Of a DNA stretch of 64,000 nt, positions 26,570-36,534 are shown piece after piece. Source of the stretch: a bacterium (GTDB lineage: Bacteria > UBA10199 > 2-02-FULL-44-16 > JAAZCA01); assembly GCA_041648665.1 (NCBI GenBank), contig JBAZOP010000004.1, forward strand, positions 12,875 through 76,874. The letters run 5' to 3'. The stretch's first letter is position 1. Each line of letters starts with the position of its first letter. The translations under genes and the position numbers were made by a program. The notes under the pieces are model-generated. The model was given only the letters and a program-made list of their open reading frames with translations. It had not been told where the DNA came from and searched no databases.

Positions 26570-27943
26570 ATGAGAAAAACCATCATTCTCCTCGGGCTCA
26601 TGGCGACGGCAGTCATCCTCGCCGGATGCCAGAGCAGCGTAACCGGCACGGTCTTCCTGGACAAAAACGGAAACGGCGAGATGAACAGCGGCGAGTCCGG
26701 CATCCCATTCGCAAAACTCATGGTCACGCGCGACAGCAAGCTCGTCGCAGAGCAATATGCGGACAAGGCCGGGCTCTTCAACGTCCCGGTCAAGGCAAAG
26801 TCAGGCTACCTCTGCGTGGAGACCGACCTCTCCTTCGCAGAGGCAAACTTCGCCTACGTGATGCAGTCGCTGGGACAGGAAGTCTCGGCGCAAGTGCCAA
26901 AGGCCGTGACGACCTCAACTTCAGATAGCGACGGCGACGGCATAATCGACACCGCGGACAACTGCCCGTACGACGTCAACACGGACCAGCTCGACACGGA
27001 CGGCGACGACATAGGAGATCTCTGCGACGATGATGAAGACGAGGAAAGCGAGGAAGAAACCACGACCACCACGACGACGACGGAACCCGACGGCTGGAGC
27101 GGCTCCAAGTACTGCCGCAACGTCAAGTTCAAGGGGTTTGAGGTGGACATACCGGTGTCGATGAACTTCTCAAAGGTCCTCGCAGAGATGCCGAAGCGCC
27201 TCAAGATCGAATGCTATGCAGGAGAGACGTGCGTCGTGAAGATACCGTATCCGCAGGGTTGCGTGCTCGACCCGCTCAACCTGCCCGAGGGAGTCACCTT
27301 GGATCAGTCGGCCACGCAGACCGGCGTGGACTCCTACGACCAGATATTCAACATCGTCAATTTCAGCGAGGCCACGACGAGCTCCGAAAAGGCGCAGACC
27401 GGCGGCCCCTCCCTCTCGGCAAGCGGGTTCACTATGGTCACGCTGAATCTCGCGGTGGACGAGGATATCGAGATCGGCGCCACTGAGGTGAAGCTCGAGC
27501 CCTCAGCCGAATGCTACGAACAGGAACTCGAGATGGAGGCAATCCCCATAGACCTGATACGCGACGTATCGGTAGCCGTCTATCAGAGCCTCACCACGCC
27601 GATACCCTCGTCCGGCATGCTCGCCGCCGGATCGAACGCCCAGGTGAAGGTGCTGGTGGAGAACCGCGGCCACAGCGCGGTCTCAAAGGGCGACCTCCGC
27701 TTCAGCCCGCCAGCGGGTTCGGTGATACAGGCCCCGGCCGGATGCCTCAACTACGGCACCTTTGTCCTCTGCCGCGCCGAGACGATCGACCCGGGCGAGA
27801 TATTCTTCAAGGACATCACTTTCAAGCTGCCCTCGCCTGCGGCCGACGAAGAGGTGATCTGCGAGGCATCCTTCAGCGCCGACGGCCTGGATGAGGACGA
27901 GCTGGCCGAGAGCGTCTCCTTCAAGATCGACGGCACCACGTAG
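26570..27943 (+). CDS. lipoprotein with thrombospondin type-3-like calcium-binding repeats
   Basis: Lipobox (MRKTIILLGLMATAVILAGC), an SdrD-B-like segment (GTVFLDKNGNGEMNSGESG), and TSP3-like DSDGDGIIDTADNCPYDVNTDQLDTDGDDIGDLCDDD. These are followed by an acidic/poly-Thr linker. Confidence 0.6.
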   Translation: MRKTIILLGLMATAVILAGCQSSVTGTVFLDKNGNGEMNSGESGIPFAKLMVTRDSKLVAEQYADKAGLFNVPVKAKSGYLCVETDLSFAEANFAYVMQSLGQEVSAQVPKAVTTSTSDSDGDGIIDTADNCPYDVNTDQLDTDGDDIGDLCDDDEDEESEEETTTTTTTTEPDGWSGSKYCRNVKFKGFEVDIPVSMNFSKVLAEMPKRLKIECYAGETCVVKIPYPQGCVLDPLNLPEGVTLDQSATQTGVDSYDQIFNIVNFSEATTSSEKAQTGGPSLSASGFTMVTLNLAVDEDIEIGATEVKLEPSAECYEQELEMEAIPIDLIRDVSVAVYQSLTTPIPSSGMLAAGSNAQVKVLVENRGHSAVSKGDLRFSPPAGSVIQAPAGCLNYGTFVLCRAETIDPGEIFFKDITFKLPSPAADEEVICEASFSADGLDEDELAESVSFKIDGTT

Positions 27944-27965
27944 CCGCACGCCGATATCCCCAAAG

Positions 27966-27996
27966 CCCTTGACTACACTGCAAAAAGACCCCATAT
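27966..27996 (+). promoter_or_regulatory. sigma-32 (RpoH)-type heat-shock promoter candidate for dnaK
   Basis: CCCTTGACT (27966-27974), 14 nt, CCCCATAT (27989-27996). This compares with the consensus CCCTTGAA-N13-15-CCCCATNT. It lies about 45 nt upstream of the dnaK ATG. Confidence 0.5.
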
Positions 27997-28039
27997 CAGC
28001 CCTGCGTTCAGATTCATCAATCCGGCAATGGAGGCAAAT

Positions 28040-29946
28040 ATGGGAAAGATAATAGGAATCGATCTGGGCACCACCAACTCCTGCGTATCTGTTATGGAGG
28101 GCGGCGAGCCCAAGATCATACCGAACGAGGAGGGCAGCCGCACCACCCCTTCGGTGGTGGCGTTCACAAAGGACGGCGAGATCCTGGTGGGCCAGATCGC
28201 CAAGCGCCAGGCAATCACCAACCCCGACAACACGATCTACTCCATCAAGCGCTTCATGGGCCGCAAGTACGACGAGGTCCCTGAGGAGATCCGCATAGTC
28301 CCGTACAAGGTAGGCCACGCGAACAACGGCGACGCGGAGGTGATAGTCGGCGACAAGACCTTCGCCCCGCCGGAGATCTCGGCGCACATACTCCGCAAGC
28401 TAAAGCGCGCCGCCGAGAACTATCTCGGCGAGCCGGTCACCGAGGCGGTGATCACCACTCCGGCCTACTTCAACGACAGCCAGCGCCAGGCGACCAAGGA
28501 CGCCGGGAAGATCGCGGGCTTCGACGTGAAGAGGATAGTCAACGAGCCGACCGCGGCCGCGCTCGCCTACGGCCTCGACAGGAAGAAGGACGAGACGATC
28601 GCGGTGTTCGATTTCGGCGGCGGCACATTCGACATATCGATCCTGGAGGTCGGCGAGAACGTTGTCGAGGTGCACTCCACAAACGGCGACACGCACTTGG
28701 GCGGCGACAACATCGACCAGAGGCTGATGGAATACCTCATCGACGAATTCAAGAAGGATCAGGGCATCGACGTGTCCAAGGACAAGATGGTGCTGCAGCG
28801 CCTCAAGGAGGCCGCCGAGAAAGCGAAGATCGAGCTCTCCCAGACCATGGAGACCGAGATCAACCTGCCGTTCCTCACCGCAGACGCCTCGGGCCCCAAG
28901 CACATGAACTTGAAGCTCACGCGCGCCAAGTTCGAGGCGCTCGTGGACGACCTGCTGGTCAAGACGCTGGAGCCGTGCCAGAAAGCGCTCAAGGACGCGG
29001 GTAAATCCGCCTCGGAGATCGACGAGGTGGTGCTGGTCGGAGGCTCCACGCGCATCCCTAAGGTGCAGAAGATCGTCAAGGACTTCTTCGGCAAAGATCC
29101 CACATGGGCGTGAATCCGGACGAGGTCGTCGCCGCAGGCGCCGCTGTCCAGGCCGGAGTGCTGGCCGGCGAGGTGAAGGACATGCTTCTGCTGGACGTGA
29201 CCCCCCTCTCGCTGGGCATCGAGACGCTGGGCGGCGTGATGACGAGGCTGATCGAACGCAACACCACGATCCCCACGCGCAAGAGCCAGGTCTTCTCCAC
29301 CGCGGCCGACAGCCAGACCTCGGTCGAGGTCCACGTCATGCAGGGCGAGCGCGAAATGGCGGGCGACAACCGCACGCTCGGCCGCTTCCACCTTGACGGC
29401 ATACCGCCGGCGCCGCGCGGCATCCCCCAGATCGAGGTCACATTCGACATCGACGCCAACGGCATCGTCCACGTCATGGCCAAGGACAAGGCCACGAGCA
29501 AGGAACAGAAGATCACGATAACCGCGAGCTCCGGCCTTGAGAAGAACGACATCGACAGGCTGGTCAAAGAAGCGAAGTCCCACGAGTCCGAGGACAAGAA
29601 GAGACGCGAGGAGATCGATCTGCGCAACCAGGCCGACGGGCTCGTCTACAACACCGAGAAGGTTCTGAAGGAGAACCGCTCCAAGGTCGCGGATGAAGAC
29701 GCGAAGCGGATCGAAGAGGCCTGCGAGGCATGCAAGAAGGCGATAGAGGAAAAGGACGCCGCAAAGATAAAGAAGACGATGGAGGAGCTCACCCAGGCCT
29801 CGCACAAGATGGCCGAGGCGATGTACAAGGCCACCTCGACGGAGCCCGGACCGCAGACGACGGGAAGCGCGGAGGAGCCCAAGAAGGATGAGGAGAAGAA
29901 GGACGAGAAGGTCGTGGACGCCGAGTTCACAGAATCAAAGGACTGA
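28040..29946 (+). pseudogene. dnaK: dnaK (Hsp70) interrupted by a single-base frameshift; it may be an assembly error rather than a true pseudogene
   Basis: Two ORFs (28028-29113 and 29104-29946) together give a full-length DnaK. The first ends ...FFGKDPTWA* and the second begins [16 protein letters not shown]. One extra C in the CCC run at 29099-29101 would restore [19 protein letters not shown] lies 6 nt before the ATG at 28040 ([14 protein letters not shown]). Confidence 0.9.
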
Positions 29947-30645
29947 CATGAGTCCCTGGACCTCGTCGTGCGTCAGGTGCCGCCACTTGCCCGGCGTGAG
30001 CCTGCCCAACCTCACCGGACCTACCGCGATCCTGCGGAGTCTGATCACCGGATAGCCGATCGCGTCGAACATCCTGCGCACCTGGCGGTTCCTCCCCTCG
30101 CGGATCGATATCTCCATGAGCGCGTTTCCGTCGCCCTTGTCGATCCTGCGCACGCGCGCAGGCAGGGCAGCGCCGTCTGAGAGCGGGACGCCGTTCTTCA
30201 ATGCGTCGAGGTCATGGGGAGCGGGTTCACCCTTGACTCGCACGCGATAGGTCTTCCATATCTCATGCTTGGGATGCGTGAGGATGTTGAGAAAGTCGCC
30301 GTCGTCGGTGAGTATGATGAGGCCCTCTGAGTCGAAGTCGAGCCTGCCGACCGAATTGAGCCTTCCCTTCCACTCCGAAATCAGGTCCCATAGGAGCGGC
30401 CTGCCCTCGGGATCGCTCTTGGTGACCATGGTGTTGTGCGGCTTGAAGAACGCGATGTACGTGCGGCCCTGCGGAATCTGAAGCAGCTTGCCTGCGAGCT
30501 CGACGCGGTCGCGCGACGGATCGACCGTGGTCCCCTTGCCCGCGACCGCGGCCCCGTTCACCGACACCTCGCCACGCGCGATCGCCGCCTCGGCAGCCCG
30601 CCTCGACAGCTCACTCGACAGGGCGATAAACCTCTGGAGGCGCAT
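29935..30645 (-). CDS. rluB: rRNA pseudouridine synthase (RluB/RsuA family)
   Basis: S4 domain ([22 protein letters not shown]) and catalytic motif [10 protein letters not shown]. The start at 30645 was chosen; the ORF continues to 30939 inside scpB, so the start is uncertain. Confidence 0.8.
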   Translation of the reverse strand: MRLQRFIALSSELSRRAAEAAIARGEVSVNGAAVAGKGTTVDPSRDRVELAGKLLQIPQGRTYIAFFKPHNTMVTKSDPEGRPLLWDLISEWKGRLNSVGRLDFDSEGLIILTDDGDFLNILTHPKHEIWKTYRVRVKGEPAPHDLDALKNGVPLSDGAALPARVRRIDKGDGNALMEISIREGRNRQVRRMFDAIGYPVIRLRRIAVGPVRLGRLTPGKWRHLTHDEVQGLMSVL

Positions 30646-31564
30646 CTTCTCCGGCAGCCGGATTGTCTGTTGATACGGCCGCGGCTTCGGACGCCTCTTT
30701 TTCAGAGGTCGTTTCCATCTTTCCGGTTCCATCTTGCGCATCCCCGCCCTCTCCCTGCACCGGGTTTTCGACCGCTTCCAGCGACTCCTCTTGCTGCGAG
30801 GGGAATATCTCCCGCTCGAGTCGCCTGAGCCCCTTGATCTGGCTCTCGAGTTCCGAGAGCGCCTCCATGTCCTCTTCGTTCTCCTCGCCCTCGTCGAGCG
30901 GGCGACGTTTGATGACCTCGGTCTCTTCCTCCTCTTCATCCGAGCCGATGACCTCGGTCAGGTCCTCCTCGTCGTCGCCCGACCCCTGCGCCTTAGCGCC
31001 TGCGGAGGCCCCGAGCTGCTCGCGGCGCTCCCTCATCAGATCGTCAAGGTCCTTCAGCGTCGGGAGGTCCTTGAGCGTGTTGAGATTGAAGATCTCCAAA
31101 AACTCCTTGGTCGTGCCGTAGAGGAGCGGCTGCCCCGGCTCCTGGCTGCGGCCGACTATGCGGAGCAGCTTTCTCTCGAGCAGCGTCTTGAGCACACCAC
31201 CGGAATCCACGCCGCGGATCTTCTCCACCTCGCTGCGCATGATCGGCTGCCTGTATGCGACGATCGCCATCGTCTCCAGCGCCGGCCCCGAGAGGCGCAT
31301 GGGCTTGGGTATGGCCAGCCTGCGCAGCCACTCGGCGCACTCCTCCTTGGTGCGAAACTGATAGCCGCCAGCGACCTTGGAGAGACCGATCCCCCTGGCC
31401 GGATTCTCGTTCCACTCCTTCTCTATCTCGACCACGCACTCGCAGACCTGGGCCTTCTCCACCCCTGCGTCCGCAAGGGCGATCGCGATGGCGCTGTCCG
31501 TGAGCGGCTCCTCAGAGACGAATATCATGGACTCGATGATGGGTTTGAGCTGTGAATTATCCAT
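30611..31564 (-). CDS. scpB: segregation and condensation protein B with a long acidic C-terminal tail
   Basis: The start MDNSQLKPIIESMIFVSEEPL and two winged-helix repeats form a typical ScpB core. About 130 Asp/Glu-rich residues follow. The start overlaps the scpA stop by 8 nt. Confidence 0.85.
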   Translation of the reverse strand: MDNSQLKPIIESMIFVSEEPLTDSAIAIALADAGVEKAQVCECVVEIEKEWNENPARGIGLSKVAGGYQFRTKEECAEWLRRLAIPKPMRLSGPALETMAIVAYRQPIMRSEVEKIRGVDSGGVLKTLLERKLLRIVGRSQEPGQPLLYGTTKEFLEIFNLNTLKDLPTLKDLDDLMRERREQLGASAGAKAQGSGDDEEDLTEVIGSDEEEEETEVIKRRPLDEGEENEEDMEALSELESQIKGLRRLEREIFPSQQEESLEAVENPVQGEGGDAQDGTGKMETTSEKEASEAAAVSTDNPAAGEDAPPEVYRPVE

Positions 31565-32369
31565 CTTGCCTCCCTGTGGATCCATCAGCATCCGCCTTCG
31601 GGCTGTCGAAGCCGGTGGCTTCCTTCTCGACCAGCCGGAGCACTTCCTCCTCCGGCACATCATCCATCGTGTATTGTATGTGGATCAGGCCGCAGGTGCT
31701 GCTCTGATACACCTTGATCATCTTCATGCGCGCCATCTCCAGCAGCGCGATGAACGTGATGACTATGTCGTAGCGGGTGATCGCCTCCGGCAGGAGCTCC
31801 TCGATCGAGGTGGTGGCGCCCTTCCGGAGCAAACCCACTATCTGGTAGATGCGGTCGTTGACCGAGATGCGGTCCACCGCCACGTCGTGGAACTCCCCCT
31901 GCGGCGCCTTCTTGAGTATGTTCGAGAACGCCTCCACCAGCTCGTATATGTCCCCTTCGACAGGGCCCTGCGACTCCACGAGCACCCTCTCCGGCTGCAT
32001 CGGCGTAAAGACGTCGCGTCCCAGCATGGCGCGCTCGAGTATCTGCTCGGAGGCCTGTTTGTAGCGCTGATACTCGAGAAGCCGCTTCACCAGGTCCGCC
32101 CTCGGGTCCAGCTCATCCTCCTCGCCTTCGGCGTCGCCCTCGGGCAGCAGAAGCCTCGACTTGATGTGCGCGAGCTCCGCGGCCATGAGCAGGAACTCGC
32201 CTGCGAGGTCGATGTCCAGCTCCTGGAGAGTGTCGATGTAGCGCACATACTCCTCGAGCACGAACGCTATCGGGATATCGTAGACGTCGAGGTCGTTCTT
32301 CTTGATGAGGTGCATGAGCAGATCCAGCGGCCCCTCGAAGACCTCAAGATTTACCCTGTAGTCATCCAT
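31557..32369 (-). CDS. scpA: segregation and condensation protein A
   Basis: The N-terminus is MDDYRVNLEVFEGPLDLLMHLIKKNDLDVYDIPI, as in ScpA. 270 aa. Confidence 0.9.
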   Translation of the reverse strand: MDDYRVNLEVFEGPLDLLMHLIKKNDLDVYDIPIAFVLEEYVRYIDTLQELDIDLAGEFLLMAAELAHIKSRLLLPEGDAEGEEDELDPRADLVKRLLEYQRYKQASEQILERAMLGRDVFTPMQPERVLVESQGPVEGDIYELVEAFSNILKKAPQGEFHDVAVDRISVNDRIYQIVGLLRKGATTSIEELLPEAITRYDIVITFIALLEMARMKMIKVYQSSTCGLIHIQYTMDDVPEEEVLRLVEKEATGFDSPKADADGSTGRQDG

Positions 32370-33360
32370 AGACCACTCCCATCACCTTGCGGACCTTCTC
32401 CATCACAAGGCGCGCGACCTCTCGCGCCCTCTCGGAGCCGGCCCTGGCCATCGCCAGCAGCTCATCGTCCTTGCCTTCCCAGCGCTCGCGTCTGGCCCTT
32501 ATGGGCGTCCAGAACTCGATCGCATTCTGGATGCAGAGCTTCTTGCAGTCCACACAACCGATGCCGGCGGAGCGGCATTGCGAAGCGATCTCCGCGACCT
32601 TCGCGCGGTCGGTGTAGAGCTTGTGATACGCGAAGATGTTGCAGACATCCGGGTCGCCGGGGTCCTGCCTGCGCTTTCTGGCCGGATCCGTGATCGCGGC
32701 CATCATCTTCTTGCGGATCTCCTCATCGCTGTCGGCCATGTATATGGCGTTGCCGAAGCTCTTGCTCATCTTGCGGCCGTCGATGCCGGGGATGCGCGGG
32801 GCCTCGGTCAGCATGGGCTTGGGTTCGGAGAAGACGTCGTGTTTTGTGATGAACGCGAAGCGGCGCACGAGCTCCCGCGCGAACTCCAGATGCGCGAGCT
32901 GGTCCTCGCCCACGGGCACAAAGTCCGCCTTGTAGATGAGGATGTCGGCGGCCTGCAGGAGCGGGTAGCCGAGGAACCCGTACATGTTGAGGTCGCGGTC
33001 GGCGAGCTGGGCCTGCATGTCCTTGAACGATGGCACGCGTTCGAGCCAGCCCAGCGGGGTCAACATCGAGAGGAGCAGGTGCAGCTCCGCGTGCTCAGGG
33101 ACCCACGACTGGATGAAGATGGTGGATTTTTTCGGATCGAGGCCTGCCGCGAGCCAGTCCTTGAGAACCTCTTTGACCGACTCGCAGATCCCCTCGGTGT
33201 GCTCGTAGCCTGTGGTCAGGGCGTGCCAGTCCGCCACGAAGTAGTAGCAGTCGTACTCGTCCTGCAGACCGACCCAGTTTTTGAGCGCGCCGAAGTAGTT
33301 GCCCCAGTGGAGCCTTCCGGTCGGGCGATTGCCGCTGAGTATCCGTTTCTTTGCCGCCAT
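32362..33360 (-). CDS. trpS: tryptophan--tRNA ligase
   Basis: HIGH-like motif (GRLHWGNY) and KMSKS present. The start is at MAAKKRILSG. 332 aa. Confidence 0.9.
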   Translation of the reverse strand: MAAKKRILSGNRPTGRLHWGNYFGALKNWVGLQDEYDCYYFVADWHALTTGYEHTEGICESVKEVLKDWLAAGLDPKKSTIFIQSWVPEHAELHLLLSMLTPLGWLERVPSFKDMQAQLADRDLNMYGFLGYPLLQAADILIYKADFVPVGEDQLAHLEFARELVRRFAFITKHDVFSEPKPMLTEAPRIPGIDGRKMSKSFGNAIYMADSDEEIRKKMMAAITDPARKRRQDPGDPDVCNIFAYHKLYTDRAKVAEIASQCRSAGIGCVDCKKLCIQNAIEFWTPIRARRERWEGKDDELLAMARAGSERAREVARLVMEKVRKVMGVVYG

Positions 33361-33373
33361 CTTGCCCTCTGGC

Positions 33374-34045
33374 TCAACTAGGGAGCAGAAATCCGGCCAC
33401 ATAGAGGACCGGGACGAGGATGTACCTTAGCAATCCGGTTACGAACAATACAAGCAAAATCATGAAGCTGTAGCGCGAGAAGCGGTCGAACGAATCCAGA
33501 CTCGATGCGGGGAGGATGCCTCTCAACACCGAGCCTCCGTCAAGCGGCGGCATGGGCAGGAGGTTGAATACCGCAAGCACGAGGTTGAGGACAACGCCCA
33601 TCTCGAAGATGGCGTACATCCCGCCGAATATTGTCGCGCCGATGCTCCCTGATACGAGCCACGACATAGGGAGGCTCGGCAACAGGGCCACGAAGAGCCT
33701 GACAAGGGCCGCGAATACGAGGGCCAGCAATATGTTGGAGGCAGGGCCCGCGATCGCAACCCACAGGTTCGACTTTCTAGCCTCTCCCTTGAGCCTGTAG
33801 GGGTTGACCGGCACCGGCTTGCCCCAACCTATCACCGGCGCGCCGGTGAGTATGCCTATCGAGGGCAGGATAACCGTGCCTATCAGGTCCATGTGCGGGA
33901 ACGGGGAGAGGCTGATCCTGCCGAGGAGCTTGGCGGTCGGATCGCCGAATTTATCGGCGATATAGGCGTGCGCAGCCTCGTGGAACGAGAGCGAGAAGAG
34001 GAACAGGGGGTAGAAGAGGACGAAGTCGATGATCCGGCTGTGCAT
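33374..34045 (-). CDS. site-2 protease family (peptidase M50) membrane metalloprotease
   Basis: HExxH within a TM segment (SFHEAAHAY). The 223-aa protein is polytopic. Confidence 0.8.
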   Translation of the reverse strand: MHSRIIDFVLFYPLFLFSLSFHEAAHAYIADKFGDPTAKLLGRISLSPFPHMDLIGTVILPSIGILTGAPVIGWGKPVPVNPYRLKGEARKSNLWVAIAGPASNILLALVFAALVRLFVALLPSLPMSWLVSGSIGATIFGGMYAIFEMGVVLNLVLAVFNLLPMPPLDGGSVLRGILPASSLDSFDRFSRYSFMILLVLFVTGLLRYILVPVLYVAGFLLPS

Positions 34046-34091
34046 TGAGACCTGCTATCTGAAACCGCCCGGAAAGTCAATTCGCGGGCTT

Positions 34092-34985
34092 TCACGCCCT
34101 GGGATGGAACTTCTTATACAGATCCTGCAGGTGCGCGCGGGAGACGTGCGTGTAGATCTGGGTCGTGGAGATATCGGCATGCCCCAGCATGGCCTGCACG
34201 ATCCTGAGGTCGGCGCCGCGCTCGATGAGATGCGTTGCGAACGAGTGGCGCAGCATGTGTGGGGTGACGTTGATCGAAATCCCGGCCTTTCGCGCGTGTT
34301 CCTTTATGAGCTCCCACAGCCTCTGGCGGCATATCCCGCCTCCGTGATTGGAGAGGAAGAGCCTCTCGCATATGCGCTTGCCCGCGAGCCTGGGCCTTCC
34401 GTCGGCAAGGTACTCCGTCAGCGCATCGATCGCGCTCCTTCCCATGGGCACAATCCTCTCCTTCGAGCCCTTGCCCATCGGCATCACGTAGCCCTGCTGG
34501 AGGTTTATGCGGTCGGTCGTGACCGTGCTGATCTCGGAGATGCGCAACCCCGACGCGTAGAACAGCTGGATGATGGCGTGGTCGCGAAGACCCAAGACCG
34601 TGCGGCGATCCGGGGCGGCCAGCAGCGCGTCCACCTGTTCGAGCGAGAGGAAATGAGGGAGCTTCTTCCAGCGCGCCGGGAACTCGATCTGCGCGGTCGG
34701 GTCCTTCTCTATCGCCTTCTCGCGCAAAAGGAAGGCGAAGAGGCCGCGTATGACCACTAGGTATCTGGTCACGCTGCGCGAGGTCAGATCCCCTTTGTGC
34801 AGCAAGACCAGAAACGAGAGCACCTCTTTGTCGCTCGCGACCTGCGCGTCCGTCACGTCCGCGGCCGCCATGTGCTCCGCGAACCTGCGCAGGTCGTGGC
34901 CGTACGCCTCCAGCGTGTTCGGAGAGAGGTGTCTTTCGACCCTGAGGTGGGTGAGGTATTTGTCGATGGCGTGGTCGATCAACAT
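34092..34985 (-). CDS. xerD: tyrosine recombinase XerD/XerC
   Basis: N-terminal SAM-like domain (YLTHLRVERHLSPNTLEAYGHDL), then GLRISE, HMLRHSFATHL and LGHADISTTQIYTHV motifs. Confidence 0.85.
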   Translation of the reverse strand: MLIDHAIDKYLTHLRVERHLSPNTLEAYGHDLRRFAEHMAAADVTDAQVASDKEVLSFLVLLHKGDLTSRSVTRYLVVIRGLFAFLLREKAIEKDPTAQIEFPARWKKLPHFLSLEQVDALLAAPDRRTVLGLRDHAIIQLFYASGLRISEISTVTTDRINLQQGYVMPMGKGSKERIVPMGRSAIDALTEYLADGRPRLAGKRICERLFLSNHGGGICRQRLWELIKEHARKAGISINVTPHMLRHSFATHLIERGADLRIVQAMLGHADISTTQIYTHVSRAHLQDLYKKFHPRA

Positions 34986-35022
34986 TCTTGCCTCAATCTG
35001 AAAACTAATCTAATACATCGGC

Positions 35023-35808
35023 ATGCGCATAATCAAGGATCTCGGTGCAGGCTTCAGATATCTTCTCAAAGGCTTCACCTTCCTGGCGGGCAATCCCAGG
35101 CTGTGGGCCTGGGCCGTGATGCCGACCGTCATCAACATCATACTGCTCGCGGCCATGATCGCCCTCTTCGCCCACTTCTACGGGGACCTGTACACGTGGC
35201 TCGCGGCAAGGCTCGGAATCCACGGCTTCGCCGTCGCGGACGCCTGGTGGCAGCACCTCATAAACTGGATCATCTGGGCAGGCAACATGCTCTTCCAGAT
35301 CCTGATCGTGCTGCTCAGCCTCATCATCTTCCTCATAGTCTCGTATGCCGCGAGCTTCGTCGTGGCAGGCCCGTTCAACGACATGCTCTCGGAGCGCGTG
35401 GAGGTCATGGTCACGGGCATCCCGCCCCCTCCCTTCACCTTGAAGAAGTTCCTCTCCGACCTGTGGCGCACGATAAAGGTCGAGTCCACGAAGGCCGGGG
35501 TCCTGCTGGCCATACCGGTGGTCCTGTTCGTTGTGAGCTTCATCCCCATAGTCGGCGGCCCGCTGTACGTGGTCCTCATCTTCTTCTTCGGCGCATGGGA
35601 CCTGGGTTTCTCCTACGCAGACCTCCCCTTTGGCCGCAAGGCCGTGCCCTTCAAAACTAGATGGGCGTTCGCCAGACGCGAGAAGTGGGCGCTCATCGGC
35701 CTCGGCGCGGGTTTCATCGTCCCCTTCTTCGCCCTCATCTTCGCGCCCCCCATGGTCGTCGGCGGGACGCTCTTGTACGTCGAGAAATACCTTAAAGAAA
35801 AAACTTGA
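35023..35808 (+). CDS. EI24/CysZ-like membrane protein
   Basis: 261-aa polytopic ORF with the N-terminal GAGFRYLLKGFTFL...P motif typical of the CysZ/EI24 family (from recall). Confidence 0.6.
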   Translation: MRIIKDLGAGFRYLLKGFTFLAGNPRLWAWAVMPTVINIILLAAMIALFAHFYGDLYTWLAARLGIHGFAVADAWWQHLINWIIWAGNMLFQILIVLLSLIIFLIVSYAASFVVAGPFNDMLSERVEVMVTGIPPPPFTLKKFLSDLWRTIKVESTKAGVLLAIPVVLFVVSFIPIVGGPLYVVLIFFFGAWDLGFSYADLPFGRKAVPFKTRWAFARREKWALIGLGAGFIVPFFALIFAPPMVVGGTLLYVEKYLKEKT

Positions 35809-35849
35809 AGGATTGACACCCATCGCGTTGATATTGCATAACACCCGTC

Positions 35850-36491
35850 ATGCCGGTACGGCGTTCTAAAGACACTGTAACACAAACCCAAAGGCATAAG
35901 GCCTCCTTCGTGTATCCCTGCGCATCCGATCCTACGCACGGCAACAGGCTCATCGTGGAGATCGGGCCGGGACGCGGGGACTTCCTCTTTCATCTGGCCG
36001 AGTCAAATCCCGACGCGGAGATAGTCGGCATCGAGATCAAGGGAAAGCGCGTGGACAAGCTGATCGCCAGGATCGAGCGGCGCAGGTTCGCGAACGTGAC
36101 CATCATCCAGGACGATGCTAGGGCCGCCCTCCCCCGCCACTTCGCCCAGGGAACGGTGAACGAGATCCACATCCAGTTCCCGGACCCGTGGCCCAAGAGG
36201 CGACACGAGAAGCACAGGCCGATAAACGAGGAGCTGCTCGCGGACTGCGCGAGGGTACTCAGGCCCGGCGGCACGCTCAGCTTCATAACTGACCACAGGC
36301 CATACGCCGAGCTCTCGTCAGGCATGCTCGCGCGCACCAAGGGGCTGACAAATTGCTACGAGGCCCCTTTTGTCACTGATCTTGCCGACGCATTCCCCAC
36401 CCTTTTCAGCGAGAAGTGGAAGGCCGAGGGCCGCACGATATATTACCAGAGGTATATCAAGCCATTGCCTTCCCCAAGGGTAACCGTGTAA
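35850..36491 (+). CDS. trmB: tRNA (guanine-N7)-methyltransferase
   Basis: Contains EIGPGRGDF, IHIQFPDPWPKRRHEKHR and LRPGGTLSFITD motifs. Confidence 0.85.
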   Translation: MPVRRSKDTVTQTQRHKASFVYPCASDPTHGNRLIVEIGPGRGDFLFHLAESNPDAEIVGIEIKGKRVDKLIARIERRRFANVTIIQDDARAALPRHFAQGTVNEIHIQFPDPWPKRRHEKHRPINEELLADCARVLRPGGTLSFITDHRPYAELSSGMLARTKGLTNCYEAPFVTDLADAFPTLFSEKWKAEGRTIYYQRYIKPLPSPRVTV

Positions 36492-36534
36492 AAAATAACA
36501 CGAAACTTTATAAGTGAACCGCCGATAACGAGCC

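Noticed and set aside
26397-28027. CIRCE (TTAGCACTC-N9-GAGTGCTAA) or HAIR operators upstream of dnaJ and dnaK, and a GTCAA-CATA-TTGAC palindrome at 26433-26446 upstream of dnaJ.
   Set aside because: No CIRCE- or HAIR-like sequence is present. The 14-bp palindrome is short and matches no known heat-shock operator, so it is not reported as a feature.
29095-29113. Programmed -1 ribosomal frameshifting as the explanation for the split dnaK.
   Set aside because: There is no X-XXY-YYZ slippery heptamer at the junction (AAA GAT CCC ACA TGG) and no obvious stimulatory structure. DnaK is not known to be frameshift-regulated. A one-base indel in a C-run is the simpler explanation.
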